From positions 41,044,001 through 41,108,000 of the forward strand of contig CM060732.1 of assembly GCA_030704615.1 (NCBI GenBank): 64,000 nucleotides of DNA, read 5' to 3'. A program made the translations under genes and the position numbers. A model generated the notes under the pieces. It did not search any database and was not told the origin of the DNA. It worked only from the letters and a program-made list of their open reading frames with translations. This stretch comes from Takakia lepidozioides. Its lineage: Eukaryota; Plantae; Bryophyta. This document shows positions 49,499 through 63,152 of this stretch, piece by piece; the first letter of the stretch is position 1, and each line of letters opens with the position of its first letter.

Positions 49499-50870
49499 CT
49501 CAAATCTCTCTCGTCTGTGTTGTGGGATACCTCTCCTTGGTTCTCTATCTACTTCCTGAAATCACAAAGCAAAAATCTCTGCTACTAGTGTGTGCTTGCT
49601 GCCACCTCCTTCGTCTCCCCACCTCCCCGCCATAGCTCACCCCGCCAGCTCTCCAAAGCTCGCCCTGCTCTTCTACTTCATAGAGTGCTAGGGCAATAAT
49701 ATGTTATAATTATATTTAAACATTATCTTATAACATAATATTTTGTTTTATTATTATATATTATATAATTTCACCCGGCGGCCCGACTCGTCGCCTCACA
49801 TTATTGTGTTTTTATTTCTGGCGAAATTTCGCACTTTCTCGACCTCAGAAAACAAAAATAGAATATTTCTGTCGTAGATTCCCTATTTTCTCATGGATGA
49901 AATCGCCAAATTTCTCCAAAACATATATAAATTCGCCAAATATGGATAAAAGCACATAGGAGGATGATTCTGTCCAAATTTCAGTGGATGAACCGAAAAT
50001 ATGGCTATTTCCTGCAAAACTCAGTAGCCACTCATGTTATTTTTCCAAATTTGAAAAAAAACACTGCCGCCGGCTCAGGTGTTTTTGTTTTGTTTTTCAG
50101 GAACAGGGGATGACAGTGGCCGGTGTTTTCTGAGAACCGAAAAAAAAAACAAAAAACAAATTCTAGCCACGACCGAAGGTCGAGAGCTAGTTTAGCGTAG
50201 AGCAGGAATAGGGTGCCATAGTGCCACATCATCGTCGCCACGTGTCGTAGCCACGTGTCGTAGCCACCTGTCGTCGCCACGTTTCGTACGTGTCAATTTC
50301 TTTCTATCTGCCCGGATTGCCCGAAAAATCCGAAAATAACTTCTTGAACGGGTCAAGACTGACCCTTTTCCTCCCTGCTTCTGTTTGATGTTCAAAGGAG
50401 AGAGAGAGAGAGAGCGCGAGCGCAATGGCTACATAGGTTGATAAGGCCTGGCATTTAGAACAGGTTTAGATAGGTTTGGCAGAGCTCGACTGTGCGGAGG
50501 GCATTTCTTCAAACGGCGCATCCGGGAGAGCGTTCTCCAGTGAGAATCCCAGGAAAAACGTGAGCATATTTATCCTTCACAATGGTGGGACAACCTACAT
50601 ATCAAGGTTTAGAGGGTTTACCCCTAGGACGCCTCTCTTTCTTCTTACATGATGTGAAGAAGGTTTTCTGTTCTGCAAAAGTGGTTGTCCCTGTCTGTAT
50701 CATAGGTTGTTGTTCCTAAACAGGCCATGAAATTGCATTGCGCAAGGGTTTTTCTTGGTGTTTACAAGGTACTTGGGAGGGTCTTCTTGGTTTTGGGAGG
50801 CCGTCTTATTGATAGCTACAAGAAACCTGCATGAGTAGATGGTCAACTGCAAGCAGCAGCAGGGGCACAA

Positions 50871-52751
50871 TTGATAAAATCAGGCACTCTCACAATGACC
50901 ACAGCCTCCAAAAGAGGACCAAGAGAGGGAGTCCACAGGACCTCTTCTGGAAATTCCGGGTATATGAGGACACTATGTGAGGCAGGGAAACTGAAAGAGG
51001 CTCTTCAAATTTTGAACCAAGGAAGCATTTCAGCAGGTACAGATACTTATGTCTGTCTCTTGCATGCGTGCATCAAGATGAAAGGCCTGGAAATGGGAAA
51101 GCAGGTGCACTCTCACATTACCCAAAGTGGATTCAAACCAAATGTTTTTCTACAGAACACCCTTGTGAACATGTATGTTTAATGCGGGAGCATCATGGCT
51201 GCACACCAAGTGTTCAACAAAATGCCTGAACGAGGTTTGTTCACATGGAATACAATGATGGTAGGATTTACCAAGTATGGGTGTGGTAAGAATGCCTTGG
51301 AGACATATGAGCAAATGATGCAGGAAGGGGTGACGCCCAACCGGGTCACATTCGTTTGCGTTTGCAATGCATGTGCAAGCCTGGCAGCCCTGGAAAATGG
51401 CAAAGAGATCCATGGTGACATCATCAAAGCTGGAATTGTACCAGGTGTCATTCTGAACAAAACCCTCATGGGAATGTATGACAAATGCGGCAGCATCAAA
51501 GATGCAAAGGGGGTGTTCGACAATATGGCTGCACAGGATGTGGTGTCCTGGAATGCAATAATCGCAGGATATGCCAGGCATGGGTGTGGCATAGAGGCTT
51601 TGGAGACCTATGAGCAAATGATGCAGGAAGGAGTGAAGCCCAACCGGATCACATTTGTGTGTGTCTACAATGCGTGTGTGAGCCTGGCAGCCCTGGAAAA
51701 GGGCAAAGAGGTCCATGGTGATGTAATCAAAGCTGGACTTGTACCAGATGTCATTCTGAACACTACCCTCGTGGACATGTATGCCAAATGTGGCAGCATC
51801 GAAGATGCAAAGGGAGTGTTCAAAAATATGACTGAACGAGATGTGGTGTCCTGGAATGCGATGATTGCGGGATATGTGCAGCATGGGTGTGGCATGGAGG
51901 CTTTGGAGACCTATGAGCAAATGATGCAGGAAGGGTGAAGCCCAACCGGGCCACATTTGTTTGTATTTGTAATGCATGTGTGAGCCTGGCAGCCCTGGAA
52001 AAGGGCAAAGAGGTCCATGGTGACATTATCAAAGCTGGAATTGTATCAGATGTCATTCTGAACACTGCCCTCATGGACATGTATGCCAAATGTGGCAGCA
52101 TCGGAGATGCAAAGGGAGTGTTCGAGAATATGGCTGAACGGGATGTAGTGTCCTGGAATATAATGATTGCAGGATATGCCCAGCATTATGAGCTGGAGGC
52201 TTTGGAGACCTATGAGCAAATGATGCAGGAAGGGGAGCCCAACCGGGTCACATTCACTTGCATTTGCAATGCATGCGCGAGCCTGTCAGCCATGGAAAAA
52301 GGCAAAGAGGTCCATGAAGACATCATCAAAGCTGGAATCGTACCAGATCTGATTCTGAACAATACCCTTGTGGACATGTATGCCAAATGCAGCAACATCA
52401 GAGGTGCAAAGGGAGAGTTTGACAATATGGCTGAACGAAATGTATGCCAAAGGTGGAAGTACTGAAGATGCAAAGGGAGTGTTCGTCAGGATGGCTGAAC
52501 GAAATGTGGTGTCCTGGAGTTCGATGATTGCAGGATATATGCAGCATGGGTGTGGGATGGAGGCTTTGGAGACTTATGAGCAAATGATGCAGGAAGGTGT
52601 GAAGCCCAACCGGGTCACATTTGTTTGTGTTTGCAATGCGTGTGCGGGCCTGGCAGCCCTGGAAAAGGGTAGGAAGGTCCATGGTGACATCATCAAAGCT
52701 GGGATTGTACCAGATGTCATTCTGAACAATACCCTCCTGGACATGTATGCC
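50871..52751 (+). pseudogene. PLS PPR pseudogene, paralog of 39275-41377, cut by a LINE
   Basis: Same N-terminal RTLCEAGxLKEA..KQVH..SGFKPN; stop at 51180; frameshifts at ~51935 and ~52440; near-identical tandem PLS triplets. Confidence 0.9.
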
Positions 52752-55700
52752 TCAAGGTGATCCCTGGGAATTGGTTACTTCTGCCAAATCTAGGGCTTCA
52801 TGTGTAGTTTTTGGGGTGAATCCCAGGATGGACGATGTGTCCTTTAAAACTACATGCTCTAGCTTAGGCTTGGATTTCATGGCTAATGGTACCATCTCGA
52901 GACTTGATAACAGGGGTATGTTGAAGGTTGCAATGACCAAAAGTGCTTCTAATAGAGTCCCGCATCAATTCAATCTCAAAGAAGTTCGTCCCTTGACTAG
53001 TTAGAGAGCGGTCTTAGACATTGGTGATTCAAACGGGCGCTCTAGGAAGACAACCAAGGGCAACAACTTCAACTTGAGAGTTTCTAATCGGTTTGATGCT
53101 CTGGATGAGGTTGAATCCAAACAGCCAGAAAGACAAGATGCCCCTAAGTGTACGGAACCTGAACGTCCTGAATCTGAAGGATTTGGTACTCTGAATGGCT
53201 TACCAATCCTCAAGGTTTACACAAGACGAACAAATTCTATACACGGGGTAATTGTCCCCAAGCCGTCAGATGGACAGTCTGTCCCTAAGTGTGCAGAGCC
53301 TGAACGTCGTGTAACTGAAGGATTTGGTACTCTAAATGGTTTACCAATCCTCAAAGTCTACACAAGACGAGCAAAATCTATACACGGGGTAATTGTCCCC
53401 AAGCAGTCTGACGGACAATCTGCCCCTATGTGTGCGTAGCCTGTGCGTCGTGTAACTGAAAGATTTGGTACCCTGAATGGTTTACCAATTCTCAAAGTTT
53501 ACACAAGACGAGCAAAATCGACACATGGGGTAACTGTCCCCCCTTTGCAGAACGGTTGGCCGTCCAGGAGCAATCACAAGCTACCTAGACGACAAACAAT
53601 TCACATGCAAAGGGCTGGCTTGCGGCTGGCCACTTTCAACTTCTCAGGGTTGACCAACCAAAGGAAACAACTTGAAGTGGGACAAGTTCTTCGGACTAAT
53701 GATATTCATATCTGTGCTGGGCAAGAAACATGGGAAACGTCGGATAAACTGGTTGGAGATGTCATTGGTTATAAATGGGCAGGTAAGATGTGTACTCTCA
53801 AGGCAGCCTCTGCCAAACACGGTAAAAAAGGGGTCGGATTCTTTGTCCGCGATTTCTTGTTTGACAATTGTGAAATTATCAACAAGGGTTTGAGGTACGA
53901 GCATAGTATCTGGCTAAAACTGAATTTGAAGGGCGGCATGAGTACAAAGGACCTCTTTGTTGGTTGTGTTTACATGCCCACAGAGGGGACCCTTAGTGCT
54001 GACGCAGACAAGGCCTTTGAAGATGTAAAGTTGGACTGTGCTTCGTTCCTTGCCAAAGGTCAGGTGGTACTATTGGGGGACTTCAATGCCCGGGTGGGCA
54101 AAGGGATCCATCAGGACGATATCATTGGACCTTTTGGTGAGGACGAGCTGAATTGTAATGGCAGACGGTTAATTAACTGTCTAGAAGAGCTTCAGCTTTT
54201 GACCTTGAATAACAGGACAAGTGGTGACCAAGTGCAGTGGACTCGTGAGAAATCCCAAACTGGGGAACGTTCCATTGTGGACTATATCATAATGGACAAA
54301 ATTTTGTTCACCCAGTGTGCCAATGTGTTGATCGACAGAACTGATATTGGTACCTCTGACCACTTCCTGGTTTGGACTGAGATCAAAAGGTGTTTTCCCA
54401 CCACCAAGAGATCTGTGAAACGTTCGATTCGGAAGTGGCGCATAGAAGAATTCCACAATGAGGAGGTCAAGGCTGAGTACGTCCAGGCCTTGCAAGAGGC
54501 TCTCCCTCATTTTGTCCAATCGCTCCAAGAACTTCAGTCACGCTCTGTTAACGCAAGAAATGAAGTCGAAAGAGCAGTGGATTCTTGAGAGAGTTTCGTT
54601 TCCTCCGTGGCTGACAAGATCATTGGGAGGAAACTAATTGTCTGCGGTAGAGCAGTTAATTGGTGGACCAATGAGATTAAACTCAAGATAGCTGAGAGAC
54701 GAGCCCTCTATAAAGAGTGCTGCAATTTGGAAACCAACATAGAATTGTGGGCGAGGTACTACCAGCTCCGTAAAGATATCAATCAGCTTGTTAGGTCTCA
54801 AAAGAAATTATACTGGGACAAGTTATACAGTGAAATAAACTCAAACCACCATGGTGGTAATGACAAGAAATTCTGGTTGGCCCTTCAACGTTTCTACAAG
54901 CCGAAAAACGGTCAGCAAGTGCAAGCGCTGAAGACTACTAAAGGTGCAGTGGTGACTTCATCGGTTGACATTGTCAAAACCTTTGAAACTCACTACAGTA
55001 TCCTTGGCAGAACTTCTAGGTCTAACAGTGAGGGGTCTTCTGCTGAATGGAGGGACACAGTTGGAAAAACTGTTCCTATGATTCAAAACAGCCCTGATGA
55101 GCTGGAGTATATTTCAATGGCTTATAATGCTCCCATTAGTTCTTCTGAGATTGTGGAAGCAATTGAACATTTAAATGGATATAAAGCTGGTGGACCTGAT
55201 GGTATTGTCAACGAGCTTATCAAGCACGGTGGCGATCCCATGATAGAGGCCCTAGTTCTCCTCTTTAACCTTATCTGGAAGACTGAAATGATCCCCTTTC
55301 GCTGGCGGCAGGGGGTCATTGTCAATCTATACAAGAAGGGTGACAGAGAAGAACCGGGGAACTACCGTGGCATCACGCTCCTCAATGCTGTTGGCAAGAC
55401 ATTCTGCAGAGTTATAAGTACTCGTCTCGAGGCTGATCTGGAGTCTAGAGGTTGTTTCCACGAAGGCCAAGCTGGCTTTCGGCGAAACAGGGGTTGTGTG
55501 GATCATATCTTCACTCTAAGCCAGATTATCCAGGGAAGGAAAAAAGAAAGGAAACCCACTTATGTTTTTTTCCTGGATGTCAAAAAGGCTTATGACACAG
55601 TGTGGAGAGATGGCCTATGGTTCCGCCTCTGGTCTTGTGGGATCAAGGGAAAGATGTGGAGAGTTGTCCACAACTTGTATGCTCACACCAAAAGCTGTGT

Positions 55701-57208
55701 CACTGTTAACGGACAGAAGTCCAACTTCTTTGACATAGACCAAGGTGTAGCTCAAGGATGTACTCTCTCCCCTCTGCTCTTCAATGTTTTCATCAATCAA
55801 CTCCTCGAGGATGTGGAAAGTGAGGGATTTGGGTTAAGGGTGGGTGATACCACCATACCAGCCCTTATGTTTGCGGATGACTTCGCAGGCATAGGGGACT
55901 CCAGGAGTTGATTGATTGCGCGAAGAGATACTTTGATCTTTGGGGGCTAGAGGCTAATGTCAGCAAATGTGCAGTGGTAGCATTCAACGACAGAGGAGAG
56001 GGAGGAAGTGATCTTAAGTGGCAGTGGGGTAGCCAAGAGATCCCGGTCCTCCCTTCCTACACTTACCTGGGCGTTGAGTTCTCCTCCAATTGTAATTGGG
56101 ATGCACATATCCGGAAAGTTGTTCAAACTGGCAAGGGCAAAGCTCTGGGGCTCACTAAATTTTTCCACTGCAGAGGGGTCAATTCTAAGGTTAAGAAAAC
56201 CATGCTTTGTCACGTTATTAGACCTGCCTTGGAGTACGGATCTGCTATATGGGTTGATAACTCCAACCAGGCTAAGTCTCTAGAATCCATTCAAGTGGGG
56301 GTGCTTAAGGAGTGTATGTCAGCATGCTCCAAACAGCCAATGTGGCTGTTCGGGGTGAGTTTGGCATTCCGTCCTTAAGCTCCCGACGAGACGAATTCAA
56401 GGTCAGATGGTGGGGTCAGCTGCAACATATGCCCAACACCAGATATCCTAAGTTAATCGACTCTATATCTTGGAAACAGGACCGCCCTGTCAAACAGGCT
56501 AAGTCCTGGCAGAAGAGAGTAGAAGAGATCCTCAAGGACCTGGACCTGGATCCGCAAGTCTTGACCCTGCTGGATAAATCTGACTTAGAGGCTGTAGTGT
56601 CCTCAGCCATGTCTGTTGCCATGAGATTGTCTGATGAAAATGAAGTTAGGCAGAAAACTTCCCTGAACTTGTTTCCAGTCTGTGACATGGGGGAGGACAT
56701 CTTGGATGACCTCAAGGGTCTACCCACTCTCGGCACTAGACTGAAATTTAAACTCAGGGCAGGAAGCCTACCTTTGAACAGCAAACAGAAGCAGAGAGGA
56801 AAGGGAGAGTGCAATTGCCCATTGTGTGGGCAATCTGAAGACAGTATTTCTGATACACTGTCCGGGGTTCTCTCACCAAAGAGACGCTCTCTTCAAATCT
56901 ATTAAGGGAATTGTGCCTGTACCCCTGTTTACCAACTTTGAAAGTCTCGAGGCTGAGCCAAAAGCCCAGGCCCTCCTGAGGCCTAGTTTTTGGGCAAATC
57001 ACACACATCAGATTGATGCTTGTGTGAAGGGATTTCTAGAGGATATCTGGAAAACCCGGATTAATTCTTTATATGGAGGTAAGTCTTACTACCAACGTCA
57101 GCCCCTGACAGAGGTAGGTTCTGTCCCTTTTGTTCCCGCTCAAATTGGGCGCGGGGTCAATGGCCACAAGGCTACGGCAAACAACGTCTTATGAGTACAA
57201 TCTCTCCC
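52752..57208 (+). mobile_element. Non-LTR retrotransposon (APE endonuclease, RT and C-terminal CCHC; RTE/RTEX-like), with stops and frameshifts
   Basis: APE: ATFN, QETW, GDFNAR, VDY, SDH. RT: GNYRGITLL, QAGFR, FLDVKKAYD, GVAQG..LSP, FADD, YLG. CPLC..H..C near the C-terminus; tail GAGTACAATCTCTC. Confidence 0.93.
53130..53545 (+). repeat. Three ~141-bp coding tandem repeats at the LINE ORF N-terminus
   Basis: EGFGTLNGLPILKVYTRR occurs three times at 141-bp spacing. Confidence 0.9.
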
Positions 57209-57383
57209 CAGCACATTTTTAAAGTCTTGGGACCAATTCAGAGTAGGAGCTAGTGTGTGATCAGTAGGGTTTGGGTGTTTGCTAGAAAAAATTCAGCTGT
57301 CATTGTCAGCTTCTAGCAGCAAGGGCAAGGTCTATGCATTAATGGTGCTGAGTAAGGGATAGCTAAAGGAGAGCAGGGATAGA

Positions 57384-60300
57384 GTGTGGGTCCAGATTCA
57401 TCCAAGAGGGATGGATATCAGGCACAATAGTGCCCATGATTCCCTGTGGATTGATAGCTACAGGAAACCTGCATGGGTAGATGGTCAACTGGAAACAGCG
57501 GCAGCGGCATATTTGAAATCAGGTGCTCCACCATGGCCACAGCTTCCAAGGGAGGACCAAGAGAGGGAGTCCACAATACCGCTTCTGGCACTTCTGGGCA
57601 TGTGAGGATGCTATGTGAGGCAGGGCAACTGAAAGAGGCTCTACAGATTTTGAAGGGTTTCAGCAGATTCAACAGATTCAGATACTTATGTCTGTCTCTT
57701 GCATAAGTGCATCAAGATGAAAGGCCTAGAAGCCGGAAAACAGGTGCATGCTCACATTATCCAAAGTGGATTCAAGCCCAACGTTTTTCTATGCAACACC
57801 CTTGTTAACATGTATGTGAAGTGTGGGAGCATTGTGGATGCACACTGAGTGTTCAACAAAATGCCTGAACAAGGTGTGATCACGTGGAATATAATGATGG
57901 CTGACGAGATGTGATCTCGTGGAACGCAATGATCACTGGATATGCTCAGCGTGGGTGCGGGATGAAGGCTTTGGAGACCTATGAGCAAATGATTCAGGAA
58001 GGGTTGAACCCAGTACCAGGTCACATTCGTTTTCATTTTCAATGTGTGTGCAAGCCTGGAAAAGGGCAAAGAGGTCCATGGTGATATCGTCAAAGCTGGA
58101 ATTGTACCAGATGTCATTCTAAACAATGCCCTCATTGACATGTATGCCAAAGGCGGAAGTACTGAAGATGCAAAGGGAGTGTTCGTCAGGATGGCTGAAC
58201 GAAATGTGGTATCATGGAGTGCTATGATTGCAAGATATGCACAACATGCGTGTGGGATTGATACTGCCAATGTGACAACAAGAAAGTATCCCGAAACAGG
58301 TAACATAGACGAGGAGAAGCTGTGGAATGAATACTTTTCTGACCCCAGTCAATGGTGGCACAATCGAGGCAAGAAGATGAATGTCTGGTAGATTACAGAG
58401 AGTAGCAGGCGCAATTGAGCATAGGAACTGTGGAATTTATAGCCTCCATTCTTCTAAGTTTACTTTCTCTACTGTCCAAAAATCAATCAGAAGGTTCATG
58501 GATACAGCAGGCAAGGGTACCACCGACAGTTTGGAGGCTGTGATGGCTGCATATGTGTGGGGAAAAAGAAGCTCCTCCTGGAACAGGAGTGAAGGTTGAC
58601 AGCATCCGCAGGCAAGTCATGCACCCTTTCATGTACCCTCCTCTTCTTCCACAGACTTTAAACCAAGGAGGCATTTCAGCAGATTCAGAAACGTATGTCA
58701 GAGCAGAAGTTGCGAGATCTGCTGCTGGACTTAGGGCGCAAGCAACAGGTGCTTGGCATTCAGGTGTATGCCTCTACCTCAGCCAACAGCTATGTGATAC
58801 TCTTGGATTTTGGATGCTGTTGCTATCAACCATCTATGCTGCAGCTGGTAATTGGGATAATACTGCAAAGGTGAGAAGAATGATGAAGGTTAGAGGAGTT
58901 AGAAAGGAGCCAGGTCGCTGTAGAAAAACAGAAAAGGAATTTTCTGTTTGCCACCACAGTGAGAAGCTGGCCATTAGTTTTGTGTCTGGAGACGAAAGTA
59001 GTGGATCTGCCAACATCCAGTCCAACAGGTGAAGTCCTGGCAGAACGGGAAGAGGAGATTTCAAGTGCCTGAATATTAGGCAAGAGGAACTGACCCTACT
59101 AAAATGAAGTTGACTTGAAAGTTAACTTGGAAAGCTGATGTGTCCAAGGCCATGTTGGAAGAATGCAGAATGTCCAAACAACAGTTAGGCATAAAACCCT
59201 GAACTCATTTCCGGTTTGTAACATGGATGAGTGAAGGGCAGCCTTGACACTACTGTAATTTTAACTCAGGGTGAGGTTCAACCTCGAAACTTTCAAAGTT
59301 AGTAAACAGAGGTACAGGCGTATGAGCAAATGATGCGTGAAGGGGTGAAGCCCAACCACATCACGTTCGGTTGCATTTGCAATGTGTATGCAAGCCTGGG
59401 AGCCCTGGAAAAGGGGAAAGAGTCCATGATGACCTCGTCAAAGCTGGAATTGTAGCAGATGTCATTCTTGCCCTGGTGGACAATATGTATGCCAAATGTG
59501 GGTGCATTAAAGATGCAAAGGCAGTTTTCAACAATATGCAGGCTGAATGACATCTTCAGAGCTGGAATCGTACCAGATGTGATCCTGAACAATACCTTGG
59601 TGGACATGTATGCCAAATGTGGGAGCATTGAGCATGCAAAGGGGAGTGTTCGACCATATGGCTGAACGAAATGTGGTGTCATGGAACATGATGTTGCAGA
59701 ATATGCACAGCAGGGGCGCATGATGGTGGCTTTGGAGACGTATGAGCAAATGATGTGCGAAGGAGTGAAGCCTAGAAAAGGGTAAAGAGGTCCATGGTTG
59801 CATCGTCAAAAGCTGGAATTGTACCAGATGTCATCCTGAACACTGCCCTGGTGGACATGTATGCGATGTGGGTGCATCGAGGATGCAAATGGAGTATGGC
59901 TGAACGTGATGTGGTGTCGTGGAGTGTGATGATTGCAAGATATGCACAGCAAGGGTGCGGGATGGAGGCTTTGGAGACCTATGAGCAAATGATGTGCGAA
60001 GGGGTGAAAACCAACAACATCACGTTTGTTTGTGTTTGCAATGCGTGTGAAAGCCTGGGAGCTCTGGAAAAGGGGAAAGAGGTCCATGGTGACATCGTCA
60101 AAGCTTGAATTGTACCAGATGTCATCCTGAACACTACCCTGGTGGACATGTATGCCAAATGTGGGTGCATTAAGGATGCGAATGGAGTTAATTTCAGCAT
60201 TATGGCCGAACGAGATGTGGTGTCGTGGAACGCGATGCTTGCAGGGGTATGCACAGCAGGGGCGCGGGATGGAGGCTTTGGAGCTCTATTCCAGAGTTTA

Positions 60301-60860
60301 TTGAGCCTGTCACAGGCTGTCATTGTCAGCTGCTAGCAGCAAGGCAATGATGTATGCATGATTTGTGCAGAGACATGGATAGTTGAAGGAGCAGGGATAG
60401 AGTGTGGGTCCAGATTCATCCAAGGGGACCAGACTTCAAGCTCCAGATTACCTATGATTCCCTGTGGATCAATAGCTACAAGTAACCTGCATGGGTAGAT
60501 GGTCAACTAAAGGCACGTATGTTTGCATTTGCAGTGCGTGTGCTAGCCTGGCAGCCCTGGAAAAGGGGAAAGAGGCCCATGGTGACATCGTCAAATCTGG
60601 AATTGTACCAGATGTCATTCTGAACACTGCCCAACGCGATGCTTGCAGGGTATGCACAGCAGAGGCGCGGGATGGAGGCTTTGGAGACCTATGAGCAAAT
60701 GATGTGCAAAGGGGTGAGGCCAACCACATCACGTTTGTTTGTGATTCCAATGCTTGTGCAAGCCTGGCAGCCCTGGAAAAGGGCAAGAGGTGCATGGTTG
60801 TATCGCAAAAGCTGGAATTGTACCAGATGTGATTCTGTACGATATCCTCGTGGGCAGCAT
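57384..60860 (+). pseudogene. Cluster of degraded PPR(-DYW) pseudogene fragments with OSB-type PDF motifs
   Basis: Many broken PLS repeats; E/DYW remnant LLSTIYAAAGNWD..KEPG..CHHSEKLAISF (58815-58985); PDF-like pieces at 57400-57490, 58310-58380 and 60410-60507. Confidence 0.85.
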
Positions 60861-61541
60861 CACATTTAAGTTCAGCGAACCTGAAGCAAGCTTCTTCTTT
60901 TTTTGGTTGGGGGGATGCATTTAACTGTAAGTTGGAACACTAACTAACTGTTGCAGACACTAACTGAAAGTGCAAGTGGGCAGGGCCCTAAGCACTACTC
61001 CTCTCTAAGTTGTTCAATTCAACCTGCTGATCTAACTACTTTCGTGGTTCTCTCGCTCACTGTGTCACTTGCCCTAATGCCACTGGACAGTAAGTTTCAA
61101 ACCCTGCACTAGAAGTCTTGAATATATAATTGTTTGAAGTGACGGGACATGTGCACTTAAGATGGTCATTTCCCAAGGGCAGTTGCAAAACAAGCCAGTT
61201 GTGAGATCCAGTCTTTGGGTAGCCAAAGAATTACCGACTTACACACAATACACAAGCAAGGAAATATAGCCATAAGGTTTAACAGTGACATCTTGTTGCA
61301 AGTGCAGGTGGAGCAGAAAAAAATATAACATATTGTTGCATCGCACTTTGCACCTAACTTCCCAACAAAGCGGTGTAGCATCAACCTCGGTCTGAGAGAG
61401 ACAGCCACAGTTCTATAGATTAACGTGATTAATTTTACAGTCGCACTTTTAGGGTTTAATTCTCCTAAAAAATCCACCGATATATACTTTCACCTACCCC
61501 GCCTCTCTAGCTCTCTCTCTACACCATACATACAAACAACC

Positions 61542-62272
61542 ATGTCAACATCAGAAATAGCCGACACAATAGACACTGTAACAGACAAAGACATAACCCA
61601 CCAAGACATGACAAACGTGATATACGACAGTTTCGCGTCCAATGACCACCATGCCCTTAAGGTGGGGAATACGTGGAAACGCCTGCCCAACAGTACAAAC
61701 TTCCACAGCACCGGAACGTCCCTTCGGACCGTGAAGAAATAGCAATCTTCGTAGGTATTGCAAAATTCCCCTACCTTGGCAAAACCGGGAATTACAGATT
61801 CGTGACTTTCGCCGAAGAACTAAAAGACGCAGAATTCACAATATTGATAGAAGACAGCCATTTCCAGTTCGACTACGCAAATACAATAACGGAATGGTCC
61901 GATCATTGGAAGAGGAGAGGCGAGGACACGAGGTGGATGGGTGAAAACAACATGAGCTTCACGAAAAAGCTCCTAAAAAACAACACAAACAACTCTGGAT
62001 CGACGTCCAATAACAACAAACGTCACAAAACAAACAATGACGGGATGTACAATACAATAGAAGTCCTTAACGAAAATGGCTAAAAAATGGATGGACAATC
62101 TGTACGTTCAAGGGATCTCGTTGCAATCAAGTGTAACATCCGATATTGGATGAATTTCCGTCACAAGAAACACGGGCTTTCATTCCAATTAAAAGGGGTC
62201 AAACTGCTGGCCAAAGCACGAGAAGAGACAGAATCGAACGACGACAACTGGAGCAAAAGCATAGCTTGGTAG
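61542..62272 (+). pseudogene. Orphan intronless ORF (one frameshift, one stop), possibly OB-fold ssDNA-binding-like
   Basis: C-terminus VLNENG*KMDGQSVRSRDLVAIKCNIRYW..HGLSFQLKGVKLL plus an acidic tail ending in W; atypical A-rich, CpG-retaining composition. Confidence 0.4.
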
Positions 62273-62943
62273 AGCTTAAATTAGACACTTCTAAACGTTC
62301 CATGTAAGGGCCACCATATTTTATAAAGACCATCCTCCTTCTCCTTTTCAAAAAGTCTATATTTTTCCAATGCATGCTCACAACGGATAATAAAAAAAAT
62401 ACTGATTTATCATAGTCCAAATCTACTTGTTGTACCAAGAGGACCCATGGAAAACCCCTCCAACTCTCTCTCAAGTTCCTCCGGTATGGGCCATCCGTCC
62501 GGGCGTCCTTCTCAGAAGTCGTCGCTAGTAGTGCGGAGCAACGCGAAGCCCTAGTATATAATATTTTAACGAAATTAGCTATATAATGTTATTGGCCGGT
62601 GGGTCCAGGGTTCAATCCCCTGTGTTTCGTCTGGCTAGGGTCTAATTATTGAAGGATGCTGCTAAACCCCAAACCTTAACCCTAATTAGAGGAAGAGTGT
62701 GAAGTGGAGAGTGTGGGGTGTGTGTGGGTGTGTGAGCAAGCGTGCGAGGGAAATACATTCAAAGAGCGAGCGAGAGAGAGAAAGAGAGCGAGAGAGAAAG
62801 GGTGGAGCGTTGCGGGATTTGTTTGATAAGTAGAGAGGCTCGAATGACAGATTGTGGTACATAGGGTGTAGAGAGGGAGAGAATTGTTGGAGACAAAGAG
62901 ATTAGGAGATAGACACAAGAGAGTCGGCAGGGAGTTGGAGGAG

Positions 62944-63109
62944 ATGGCGCAGAAGAAAGGGCCCAGGATCACTGAAATGGCGGACGATGAGGTCCATGTG
63001 CCCCTGCAAGCGGTGGTGTTGGCCGATAGTTTTGCTCAAAGATTTCGGCCGATCACTCTCGAGCGCCCCAAGGTTCGTGGAAAAATCTTACCCCTTGTCC
63101 CTGGCACCG

Positions 63110-63152
<43 letters not shown>

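Noticed and set aside
50220-50290. 12-bp repeats containing GCCACGTGTC (G-box/ABRE-like)
   Set aside because: Could equally be TE subterminal repeats; function cannot be supported from sequence alone.
51180-51182. Stop in the PPR possibly repaired by U-to-C editing
   Set aside because: This is a nuclear gene, the expected codon is AAA (Lys) rather than CAA, and additional frameshifts are present.
62575-62625. tRNA-like GGTTCAATCCC (B-box/T-loop)
   Set aside because: No cloverleaf or convincing A-box; at most a SINE relic.
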